From: Schmidtea nova | Lineage: Eukaryota | DNA length: 64,000 nucleotides | NCBI GenBank assembly: GCA_044892505.1 | Contig: CM097884.1 | Location: 62,001-126,000, forward strand | Direction of reading: 5' to 3' | Shown: positions 55,456 to 64,000 of the stretch, piece by piece | Layout: each line of letters starts with the position of its first letter | How positions within the stretch are numbered: position 1 is the stretch's first letter | The notes under the pieces: model-generated | Told to the model about the DNA's origin: nothing | Seen by the model: only the letters and a program-made list of their open reading frames with translations | The model's database searches: none | Program-made: the position numbers and the translations under genes

Positions 55456-55938
55456 TTAAACAAAATTAAATAATAAATCGAGATATTTTTCATCAATTAA
55501 ATCATTATTGATTAATGAATTAATATAATTTTTAATTTCATTTACTTGATTAAAATAATCCAATGTTTTAATTCCTAATATTACAACTTTTCCACTTGAA
55601 AAAATATTAATACAAATCGGGTTATAATTTATTAATCTTAAAGCTGGAAATATTTCGGGTTCGTACCAGCACTCTGTTTTATTTTGCAATTCATATAAAT
55701 TTATGGATTTACCCATATCCAATGTTATAGTGATCGATTGAATTTTTAAATCTGAAATTTTATATTTCAAATCATCTGGTTTTAACGGTTGCTTACAACC
55801 CATTACACGGCATTTTCCCGATCTGAAAAATAAAATAGGATACTTTCCGCTCCTATCTATAACTTGCTGGGGTTTCCCAACAGGAAATAACATGTTTGGA
55901 ACTAAACACTTGCCCATATAATTAATATTACTTATCAT
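55456..55938 (-). CDS. TATA-box-binding protein (TBP)-like protein, ~160 aa
   Basis: Two TBP repeats: ISNINY...ILFFRSGKCRVMGCK and KIQSITITLDM...INLYEL...WYEPEIFPALRL...INIFSSGKVVILGIK (canonical YEPELFPGL...LIFVSGKVVLTGAK); first ATG at 55938. Confidence 0.85.
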   Translation of the reverse strand: MISNINYMGKCLVPNMLFPVGKPQQVIDRSGKYPILFFRSGKCRVMGCKQPLKPDDLKYKISDLKIQSITITLDMGKSINLYELQNKTECWYEPEIFPALRLINYNPICINIFSSGKVVILGIKTLDYFNQVNEIKNYINSLINNDLIDEKYLDLLFNFV

Positions 55939-55997
55939 TTTTATAAATTGAATAAATATAAACAATATTAAATTAATTAATAATTAATTAAATAAAA

Positions 55998-56621
55998 ATG
56001 GAATTAAGAAATGATGCAGTTTATCAAATAGTGGGCCCAAGTGGTAGTGGAAAAACATTATTTGTATGTAAATTGTTGCAATCAAAAATGTTTAAATCTA
56101 AATTCAATAAAATTTACTGGCATCGGGGAGCTGATGAAGAACATGGACTGACTCAAGATCAATTCTGTAAATTAAAAATGACAATTATAAAAGGGTTTGA
56201 TAAAAACTGGTCATCTAGACTACGACAAGGCGATGTTATAATTATCGATGATTTGTACCAAGAAGCAAATAAAGAAAAAGATTTTAATAATTTATTCACA
56301 AAAATTAGTAGACATTTAGGAGTTACTGTAATTTTCATTACTCAAAATTTATTTCATCAAGGTGGTAGTCACAGAACTCGTAATTTAAATGTTCAATATT
56401 TGGTTATATTCAAAAACCCAAGAGATGCTACAATTATTGATTTTCTAGCAAGACAAGCTTACCCTAATGATAGGAAATTCTTAATTAATTCATTTCAAGA
56501 TGCTACTAAAGTTCCTCATGGATATTTATTCTTTGATTTTACTCAACAATGTCCTGATGATTTACGTATCCGAACGGATATATTTAACGAAAAAGGAGTC
56601 ACGGTTTATAAACAAAATTGA
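55998..56621 (+). CDS. Polinton genome-packaging ATPase (A32/FtsK-like)
   Basis: Walker A GPSGSGKT, Walker B IIIDD, SRH, FITQNLF, R..NLN..YLVIFKNPRD; open 207-aa ORF. Confidence 0.93.
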   Translation: MELRNDAVYQIVGPSGSGKTLFVCKLLQSKMFKSKFNKIYWHRGADEEHGLTQDQFCKLKMTIIKGFDKNWSSRLRQGDVIIIDDLYQEANKEKDFNNLFTKISRHLGVTVIFITQNLFHQGGSHRTRNLNVQYLVIFKNPRDATIIDFLARQAYPNDRKFLINSFQDATKVPHGYLFFDFTQQCPDDLRIRTDIFNEKGVTVYKQN

Positions 56622-56642
56622 AAACAAATAAATGAAATAATA

Positions 56643-56828
56643 ATGTCATTTAAAAAAGTAATTGTCAAGTTAAATAAAGAAGCTGTTCAAAAAGCTGATC
56701 AAAAACTACTTTAAAAAGTTGATCAAAAACTTCTTAAAAAAGTTGATCAAAAATCTAAATTAGTTAAAAAAGTTGTCAAAAAGATTGGTAAAAGAAAGAA
56801 ACAAGTAAAGAAGTGGATAAAATTATAA
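56643..56828 (+). pseudogene. Lys-rich small basic protein with KKVDQKLL repeats, one premature stop
   Basis: MSFKKVIVKLNKEAVQKADQKLL*KVDQKLLKKVDQKSKLVKKVVKKIGKRKKQVKKWIKL; TAA at 56712 where the sister repeat has AAA. Confidence 0.55.
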
Positions 56829-56858
56829 ACGAAATAAATATACACAAAAATTTTAATC

Positions 56859-57188
56859 ATGAAATTTGAACGTAGTTTACCGTATTTTAATGCTTTGGTT
56901 AAAGCTCCAACAAATAAGCGAATGATAATTTTACAAGCTTTCCCACCCTTTGTTATTGATGATTTACTTGAAGTCGTTTTTAATATTGTTCATGGTAATG
57001 TAAATATTAGTAGATCAAAGAAAATTGAACTACAAAAACATAAAAATTCGCTTTTATCATTAGTGAATACCAAAAATAGAAATCTTATGCGAAAAATAAT
57101 ATATAAACAAAAGGGTGGGTTTCTCGGTACATTAATTCCAATAGTATTATCATCAATAAGCGCAATCTCATCTTTAAGAAATGGGTAA
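56859..57188 (+). CDS. Polinton small virion-type protein with QKGGF motif and hydrophobic C-terminal helix
   Basis: Open 109-aa ORF inside the structural cassette; ...L.EVVFNIVHGNV...QKGGFLGTLIPIV. Confidence 0.65.
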   Translation: MKFERSLPYFNALVKAPTNKRMIILQAFPPFVIDDLLEVVFNIVHGNVNISRSKKIELQKHKNSLLSLVNTKNRNLMRKIIYKQKGGFLGTLIPIVLSSISAISSLRNG

Positions 57189-57250
57189 TAAAATGTCTGA
57201 ACCGAATAAACATAATATAGATTTAAATATTTTAACAAATTGTTGTATTA

Positions 57251-58334
57251 ATGAAGAAAATCATGAAGAATATAAAAACGATATGGACAAACCCAAAAGA
57301 TCCCGATGGTTTTGGTTCAGTCAAAAAATTGGCAAAAAGAATAAAAAGTTCAAAGAATGAAACTCAGAAATGGTTATCTGATCAATTGGCATATAGTTTA
57401 AATAAACCAATGTTGAAAAGATTTCCTACACGCAAATATAAAACTTTTGGGGGTAACGATTTATGGCAAATGGATTTAATGGAAATGATTCCTTATTCTA
57501 AAATTAACAAGGGTTACAAATATATTTTGACTTGTATTGATGTTTTTAGCCGTTATGCACGAGCTATTCCAACAAAAACTAAATCTGCTAATGAAATGGC
57601 TGAGGCTATTGAATCTTTATTTAAAGATGGGAAGCCACATAATTTACAAACTGATTTGGGTAAGAAATTAAATTTTTAAAAATTAATTAATTTATTTTAG
57701 GAAAAGAGTTTTATAACAGCAAAGTAAAAGAAGTGATCAAAGGAATCAATCATTATTCTGTATTTTCTCAATTCAAAGCTGCTCATGTTGAAAGATTTAA
57801 TCGAACTTTAAGAGATCGTTTGAAAAAGTTTTTTGTGTATCAAGGTAACAAAACATGGATAAATGTTTTACCGAAATTATTTCCAGTTACAATCGTTCAC
57901 CGCATTCGGGATTAAATAAAATGAAACCTATCGATGTATATTCAAATAATAATTTTGATGGATGGATAAAAGATAGATTAAAATCAATTAATAAAAAACC
58001 GAAATATAAATTAGGCGATTATGTGAGAATGAGTAAAATCAGTGCTTCTCCCTTCATCAAAAATTTTGATAGTAATTGGAGTGATGAAGTATATCAAATC
58101 TCAAATGTTGATACTAATCAAAATCCTGTCATGTATACTATTTCCGATCATGAAAACAATGTAATCGAGGGTAAATTCTACGAACAAGAACTTCAAGTTA
58201 TTCCAGCTCCCACAGTTTTTAGAATTCAAAAGATTTTAAAAACCAAAACTGATGGGAAATATAAACAATATTACGTTAAATGGCATGGCTATGAAACTCC
58301 AAGTTGGATATCTGAAAAACAATTGATTAAATAA
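57251..58334 (+). CDS. Retroviral-type (RVE) integrase with C-terminal chromodomain; one intron (57660-57700) and a 1-nt frameshift near 57875
   Basis: WQMDL, YILTCIDVFSRYA, LQTDLG|KEFYN after splicing, VERFNRTL, KYKLGDYVRMS, YYVKWHGY. Confidence 0.9.
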
Positions 58335-58339
58335 ATATT

Positions 58340-59377
58340 ATGAAAGAAAACCAGTTTTATATGATTTTGCCTAGCAATGCATGTCCTCTTATTTATCCTA
58401 ATAATGAAGCTAGTAATTTTAATGTAGAATTTCAAAATCCGATTTATTTAAATAGTAATGACGATTGGGAAGTTGCTTTGATTGATTTTACTTTTGTGTA
58501 TAATTTGTTTCCGTATTATAGTAATTCTTTTATTCAAATTGAAACTAAAAGAGAAATTCAAGAAATTAGTTATTTGAGAATTAATAATCAAAATAAAACA
58601 ATTCAAGTTATAGTTTCTCAACCTAGTTCAGACACTGATGTATTTATTGAAAAATATAATTATTTAGTGATTGTTTGCCCACATGTTCCATTTAAAATTA
58701 CATTTCCAGATATTGAACATGCAAAAAGTTTTGGATTGGAAAATATATCAATTACAAGTGAAAATGATCATTGTCGTTTAAAATTACCAAAATTTACGAA
58801 TGATAATAGTCTTGAACAATTTGGAATTTTAATAAATTATGACATTAAAACTGTTAATGATTATTATTTTCAAGATGAATTATTCATAACGTCATTACCG
58901 GAATTGCAAGGATATTTAATGAAAATTAATCCATCTCCATTTAAAGAAATGAAACTTGTCAATAATGAATTGGTTAAAATTATTCTTCAGGATAATATTT
59001 CAAAAATTACTTTTGATTCAAATTTAACCAAATCTCTGGGTCTACAGAAACAAACATATACTGATACAGAAATAATTGGTGTAAAAATCCCCAAAATTTT
59101 ACAACTTCATCAGCAAATGTTCATTTACAGCAACATTATTGAACCAGTGACTGTTGGAGATGTACGAGTTCCCCTCCTTAAATCAATTTGGATCAAGAAA
59201 TATGACCAAGGCGAAGTTGTACAAATTGAAATAAAGAATCCAATGTATTTGCCGATTTCAACATCAACTATAAACAACATTGAAATCAATATTCGTGATG
59301 ACAGTGGAAAATTAATTAAATTTTCAAAAGATACAAAGACTCATTTGACTCTACATTTTCGTAAAATAAATGATTAA
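58340..59377 (+). CDS. Minor capsid protein (penton-like), copy 1
   Basis: FYMILPSN...N....F.V....PIYL...WEVAL N-terminus; FIYSNIIEPV.VGD..VPLL, NPMYLP, IEINIRDDSGK, LTLHFRK C-terminus. Confidence 0.82.
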   Translation: MKENQFYMILPSNACPLIYPNNEASNFNVEFQNPIYLNSNDDWEVALIDFTFVYNLFPYYSNSFIQIETKREIQEISYLRINNQNKTIQVIVSQPSSDTDVFIEKYNYLVIVCPHVPFKITFPDIEHAKSFGLENISITSENDHCRLKLPKFTNDNSLEQFGILINYDIKTVNDYYFQDELFITSLPELQGYLMKINPSPFKEMKLVNNELVKIILQDNISKITFDSNLTKSLGLQKQTYTDTEIIGVKIPKILQLHQQMFIYSNIIEPVTVGDVRVPLLKSIWIKKYDQGEVVQIEIKNPMYLPISTSTINNIEINIRDDSGKLIKFSKDTKTHLTLHFRKIND

Positions 59378-60392
59378 AAAAGATTTTTATGTTAATTTAC
59401 CAAGCAATTCTTGTCCATTGACACATCCCAATAATAAAGCTGGAAAATTCAATGTTGAATATCAAAACCCTATTTATTTGGGTGGTAGTTGGGAAGTTGC
59501 TCTTATGGATTTTACTTTTGTGTACAATGAATTTCCATTTTATAATAGTTCAAGTATAAAATTTATTAGAAATGAATTACATTCTAGTTATGAATATTTC
59601 AATTTTAACCAACAAAAGAAAGAATATGATATAAGTCACGATTCTAATTATTATTTAATGTATATTGATGGCAATATTTTAAATGTAAATTGTAAATATT
59701 TTCCATTTCAAATAATATTTGATAGTGTTGATGAAGCTAAAAAATTAGGGTTTCAAGAAAAAGCTGTGACATTTAATGATGAATTAAACAAAATTAAAAT
59801 TCCAGCAAATGAAAATAAAAAACTTGATGATACTATACGATTTACTATAACTTATACTTTTCCTGTTGAATACACAGATAATTTCAAAGACGATTTAATA
59901 ATAAATAATCTTACTGAATTATCTGATCAAATTGTAACTTTTTATCCACATCCATTTAAAGTGATTGATATTAAAGAAGGAAAATTAATTAAATTAATTC
60001 TTGAAGATGATATGACTAGTGTAAAATTTAGTATGAATTTAGCAAATTCGTTAGGATTAGTTGAACAAGAATTCTTTGACAAAATTATTGATGGCGTATA
60101 TTATCCACAAGTTTTAAAACTTCATCAACAAATGTTCATCTATACGAATATTATTCAACCAATTCTTGTTGGTGACATGTCAGTTCCCCTATTGAAATGT
60201 GTTTGGGTTGAAAAACATAAAAAGGGTGATTTGGTTCAAATTGTTGAGAAAAATCCAATGTATTTACCGGTCAGTTCCACATATATAAACAATATTGAAA
60301 TCAATATTCGTGATGACAGTGGAAAAATAGTTAAATTTGCAAAAGAAGACAAAACTTACTTGACATTACATTTCCGTAAAATAAATGAATAA
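59370..60392 (+). CDS. Minor capsid protein (penton-like), copy 2
   Basis: Same N- and C-terminal motifs as copy 1, divergent middle. Confidence 0.82.
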   Translation: MIKKDFYVNLPSNSCPLTHPNNKAGKFNVEYQNPIYLGGSWEVALMDFTFVYNEFPFYNSSSIKFIRNELHSSYEYFNFNQQKKEYDISHDSNYYLMYIDGNILNVNCKYFPFQIIFDSVDEAKKLGFQEKAVTFNDELNKIKIPANENKKLDDTIRFTITYTFPVEYTDNFKDDLIINNLTELSDQIVTFYPHPFKVIDIKEGKLIKLILEDDMTSVKFSMNLANSLGLVEQEFFDKIIDGVYYPQVLKLHQQMFIYTNIIQPILVGDMSVPLLKCVWVEKHKKGDLVQIVEKNPMYLPVSSTYINNIEINIRDDSGKIVKFAKEDKTYLTLHFRKINE

Positions 60393-60792
60393 TCCAGATA
60401 TTATCAGTTTCTATAGCAACAGCCAATCAGGTGGAGAATTACCGTATTTTGTAGGTAAGCAATATGGAACTGGTTGGTTGAAAACGATAGGTAGATTTGC
60501 ATTACCAATTCTTAGACGTATTGGAAATTTTGGTATGAAAACTGCCAATGATGTGTTAAATAATAATTCAAAGATTTTACCTGCACTAAAATCAAATGTC
60601 ATTTCTGAAATTAAAGATTCATTGCCCGATGTGATTCATCATTTGCCACAAGTAATTAGTAAAGTGACTGATGTGTTTAACGAAAATAAAACTGAAAATA
60701 AACAAAATGGCGGAATTCTTAAACGAAAAAGAAATATGAAGAAACATATAAACAAAAGAATGAAAGGATATGGAACAATATTTGAAAAATGA
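60385..60792 (+). CDS. Polinton core/maturation-type protein with QxGG motifs and an amphipathic helix
   Basis: QSGG, QYGTGWLKTIGRFALPILRRIG, QNGG, basic C-terminus; lies between the penton and MCP genes. Confidence 0.7.
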   Translation: MNNPDIISFYSNSQSGGELPYFVGKQYGTGWLKTIGRFALPILRRIGNFGMKTANDVLNNNSKILPALKSNVISEIKDSLPDVIHHLPQVISKVTDVFNENKTENKQNGGILKRKRNMKKHINKRMKGYGTIFEK

Positions 60793-62015
60793 TCAGTGCA
60801 AAATCTGAATTATGTCTTTTTGATAGACCATCTCCACAAGCAGTAATTGAACATGGTGCATTTGAAGATATTTACCCAACAAATTCAATTACAGATGCTG
60901 GGACATCATCTATTCAATTTTACATCAATGGATCTCAAACTGAATATTTAGATTTGAACGATACTTTACTATTTCTTCAGGTCAAAGTTGTAAACAAATC
61001 GGGTGAAAATTTAGGATTGGATGCTGATGTTACTCCCAACAATTTCTTTTTCCAAACTCTTTTTAAAGAAGCCGAATTAATTTTCAATTCTACTAAAGTT
61101 GAAGGAGGAAATGATACATTTACACACAAAGCCATGATTGAAACTATTCTCAACTACAATAGTGATACAAAACACACATATTTAACTCCAATGGGATACA
61201 ATGACCATGATCTTACTAGAAAAGCATGGATTGCAAAATCAAAACCATTTTCAATTTGTTCTCCATTACATTTCGATTTCATGGAACAACCCAAGTATTT
61301 ATTACCAGGTGTTAGTGTTCAAATTAAATTGACGAGATCAAATCCATCCAATAGTTTAACATGTACAAAAATTGAACCTATAATTGAATTATTAGAGGCA
61401 AAATTAATGGTTAGAAGAGTTCGAGTAGAACCATCAGTTTATGCTGGGCATCAAATTGGACTTGGTACAAGAAATGCAATTTATCCAATAAGAAATAAGG
61501 AAGTTGTAGAATTTTCATTGCCAATGGGTTCTTCTTCATTTTATAAGGAACAAATCTTTGGAGATAGACGATTACCAAACTTTATTCTTGTAGCATTTCA
61601 AGGAAATAAAAGACATAGTGGTTCTTTTACTGAAACTTATTCTATTTACGATCATTTTAATGTCAAATCATTAACTTTATCAAAAGGAAGTGATTATCGT
61701 GAAAAATATTCTCAAGATTTTGAAAATGATATTTGTAGTACTAGTTATATGCAATCTATTGTCCGTAACCTTGGTTACCTGAATAAGAGTATGAATTGCG
61801 GTATTACTTTAGCAGATTGGAAAAGTAAATATCCTTTTTTCACCTTCGTTTTGGCTCCAGATTTTGACCTAAATCAAAGTCAATTACCACAACAAGGTAA
61901 TCTAAGACTTGATATTAAATTTGGTACACCATTGACTGAATCAGTTTCTGTAATTGTATATGGAGTTTTTGAAAAGGAATTACAAATTACAGCTAATCGA
62001 ACAATACTGGTTTGA
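60789..62015 (+). CDS. Major capsid protein (double jelly-roll type)
   Basis: KSELCLF..P..Q..IE.G...IYP, IQFYI.G...EYLDL..T.L, LLPGV...IKLTR, G.L.L.IKF..PL...V.VIVYG.F...L.I; open 408-aa ORF. Confidence 0.88.
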   Translation: MISAKSELCLFDRPSPQAVIEHGAFEDIYPTNSITDAGTSSIQFYINGSQTEYLDLNDTLLFLQVKVVNKSGENLGLDADVTPNNFFFQTLFKEAELIFNSTKVEGGNDTFTHKAMIETILNYNSDTKHTYLTPMGYNDHDLTRKAWIAKSKPFSICSPLHFDFMEQPKYLLPGVSVQIKLTRSNPSNSLTCTKIEPIIELLEAKLMVRRVRVEPSVYAGHQIGLGTRNAIYPIRNKEVVEFSLPMGSSSFYKEQIFGDRRLPNFILVAFQGNKRHSGSFTETYSIYDHFNVKSLTLSKGSDYREKYSQDFENDICSTSYMQSIVRNLGYLNKSMNCGITLADWKSKYPFFTFVLAPDFDLNQSQLPQQGNLRLDIKFGTPLTESVSVIVYGVFEKELQITANRTILV

Positions 62016-62104
62016 GCAGAGCTCAAACAATACTCGTTTAATATAAACTAATTTTAATTAATTAATAAAGTAAATGAAGTAAGATTTATTAATTAAAAAA
62101 GTAA

Positions 62105-62483
62105 ATGAAGTAAGATTAATTTTAAATAATTAAATTTTATTGATTTTAGTTCAATTCAGGTAGATCAGATTGCTAGAAAATTGATTGGATCGGAATTTCT
62201 AGGAGTTTTTCCTCTAGATAAAATACCGTATATAGATGTGAATAAAGCATTGATTGTCAATACTCAATCATCAAATCTCAAAGGTGAACATTGGCTTGCA
62301 ATTTATAATAAACCCGATAAAATATACGTGTTTGATCCAATGGGATTTTATTATCCACCGATATTATTGAAAAAATTATCGTCAATGTTAAAACCAATAG
62401 AATATAACAGAATTCGATATCAAAATCCAATGACAAAAACCTGTGGGCAACATTGTTTAGCTTGGCTAAAATATATGAAATAA
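62105..62483 (+). CDS. Adenain-like cysteine protease, two exons (62105-62109, 62150-62483)
   Basis: ATGAA|GTAAG...TTTTAG|T gives MNSIQVDQI; catalytic residues GEHW, FDPMG, QNPMTKTCGQHC are intact. Confidence 0.9.
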
Positions 62484-62569
62484 AACTTTTTATTATAAAA
62501 CGACTTTTATTATAAAACGACTTTTTCTATTTATGGTATTCACTAATACAAAAGTGAATTTTTATGTTT

Positions 62570-62800
62570 GAATTTGTTAATTTAAAATTGCATATTGTAA
62601 AATATTTAATTAATTTTAAATTACATATTGTAAAAATATTTAATTAATTTTAATATTGTAAAAATATTTAATTAATTTTAAATTACATATTGTAAAATAT
62701 TTAATTAATTTTAAATTACATATTGTAAAAATATTTAATTAATTTTAAATTACATATTGTAAAAATATTTAATTAATTTTAAATTACATTAATTTAAAAA
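62570..62800. repeat. ~33-34-bp AT-rich tandem repeat
   Basis: AATTTTAAATTACATATTGTAAAA(A)TATTTAATT, about six copies. Confidence 0.85.
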
Positions 62801-62905
62801 TAATTTTGTTTAAATAAACGACATTTTTACGAACAAGCCAACTTAAGTAAGTAAGTTTAATTTTTTATGAATATTTTTTAATTTATTTTTACAGATCTTT
62901 AAATA

Positions 62906-63091
62906 ATGACAACAAAGAAAATTTTACCAAACAATATTATGTCAAAGAAAATTAAATCAAGCAATATTATGTCAAAGAAAATTAAATCAAGCAATATTAT
63001 GTCAATGAAAATTAAATCAAGCAATGTTATGCCAATGAAAATTAAATCAAGCAATATTATGTCAAAGAAAATTAAACCATCGATACTTAAA
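62906..63091 (+). CDS. Basic repeat protein exon with 10-aa SNIMSKKIKS units
   Basis: Five 30-nt units in frame; GTAAGT donor near 63092; downstream exon not identified. Confidence 0.5.
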
Positions 63092-63149
63092 TGTAAGTAT
63101 TTATATATTGATTAAATATATTATTATCAATTAAATGTTTATTTTTTAT

Positions 63150-63355
63150 ATGAATTTAATTAATTTAATTGATAGATTTTTATATGAATTTAATTAATTG
63201 ATAGATTTTTATATGAATTTAATTAATAATTGATAGATTTTTATATAGATTTAATTAATAATTGATAGATTTTTATATGAATTTAATTAATAATCGATAG
63301 ATTTTTATATGAATTTAATTAATAATTGATAGATTTTTATATAGATTTAATTAAT
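63150..63355. repeat. ~30-33-bp AT-rich tandem repeat
   Basis: AATTGATAGATTTTTATAT(G/A)AATTTAATTAAT, about six copies. Confidence 0.85.
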
Positions 63356-63454
63356 TTTTATAATAAATATATTTTATAAATGATATATTTATATATTATT
63401 TTAAAATATATTTAATGTAAATAAGAAAAAATAAAGAACAAATTAAACAAGAGT

Positions 63455-63983
63455 TTATTCATGAAAATCATTAATTTTCCAAATAGGTTTTATCACGTTT
63501 TCAGTTTGTTTAAATCCTTGTAAGATAATTTGAATTTGATACATTGAATTATCATCTAATTTGCCTAAATCTGTTTCTTTTTTGCAGTTCATATATGTGA
63601 ATTCCTCGTTGAATTGAATATCTTTATTTATTAGCATTAAAATTTCTGATAGATTCTTTCTATCAGTTTCCCCGATTTTTCCAACCTGAATATTGAATTG
63701 ACATTGTTTCAATGTAACAGGTTCCTGTAAATAATATTAATTAGATTTTAATAATTTTTAATAAATTACTTTAAATGAATATTTGATTGGATATTTCAAA
63801 TACTCCATCGAGTATTGCATGAATTGAACTGGTGAATTCAATGCCAAATTAGATGAAGAAATAGGATTTTCCTCAAGAATAATCTTCATTATTTCTTGTT
63901 TTGTCATTCTTTTCGATTCTAGAAAAAATAAATTTAAAAATAATCATTTAAAATTAATTAATCTTACTTTTCAGTTGATACAT
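63455..63983 (-). CDS. Three-exon Polinton gene of unknown function (63983-63968, 63918-63770, 63724-63455), ~144 aa
   Basis: ATGTATCAACTGAAAA|GTAAG, TCTAG|AA, AAA|GTAAT, ACAG|GAA; splicing the 49- and 45-nt introns gives one open frame. Confidence 0.65.
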
Positions 63984-64000
63984 TTTTTAATAATTATTTT

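Larger units (their letters stand above)
53973..64000. mobile_element. Second Polinton/Maverick (adintovirus-like), left portion; continues beyond window
   Basis: AGTAG start at 53973 with a GC-rich terminal segment and subterminal TTTTGTTTAAAT(G/T)AAGTGAATTTT repeats, followed by ATPase, integrase, capsid and protease genes; exact left end is inferred. Confidence 0.9.

Overview
AT-rich metazoan genomic DNA (host species not determinable from this window; host short introns are 44-68 nt) with three N-gaps (3573-4000, 54379-54539, 54574-54910). 1-26.2 kb: 5' two-thirds of a myosin VIIA-type gene on the minus strand, with TE-filled large introns (mariner remnants, Tc1/IS630, pogo, several hATs, a piggyBac MITE, Penelope fragments, a C2H2-ZnF/Hsp70 chimera). 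27.7-31.3 kb: decayed hAT. 33.0-47.8 kb: decayed MULE interrupted by a 12.95-kb Polinton/Maverick derivative (34001-46949, 6-bp TSD TATCGG). This insert is a near-perfect palindrome of two ~6.29-kb arms. Each arm carries one open protein-primed PolB gene (probably spliced at the 5' end) and a 144-bp repeat array; no other Polinton core gene is recognisable. A second pair of Polinton-type termini sits at the symmetry centre. 48-53.9 kb: RLE-type non-LTR retrotransposon remnant, a 28S rDNA fragment and a hairpin-repeat array with bZIP sites. 54-64 kb: left part of a second Polinton encoding a TBP-like protein, packaging ATPase, integrase, two tandem minor capsid proteins, major capsid protein, adenain-type protease and small basic or unknown proteins; several of these genes have predicted host-sized spliceosomal introns. 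Best candidates for novelty: the PolB-only palindromic Polinton with internal termini, the Polinton-encoded TBP-like gene, and introns in Polinton core genes. All calls are by eye; no database search was run.
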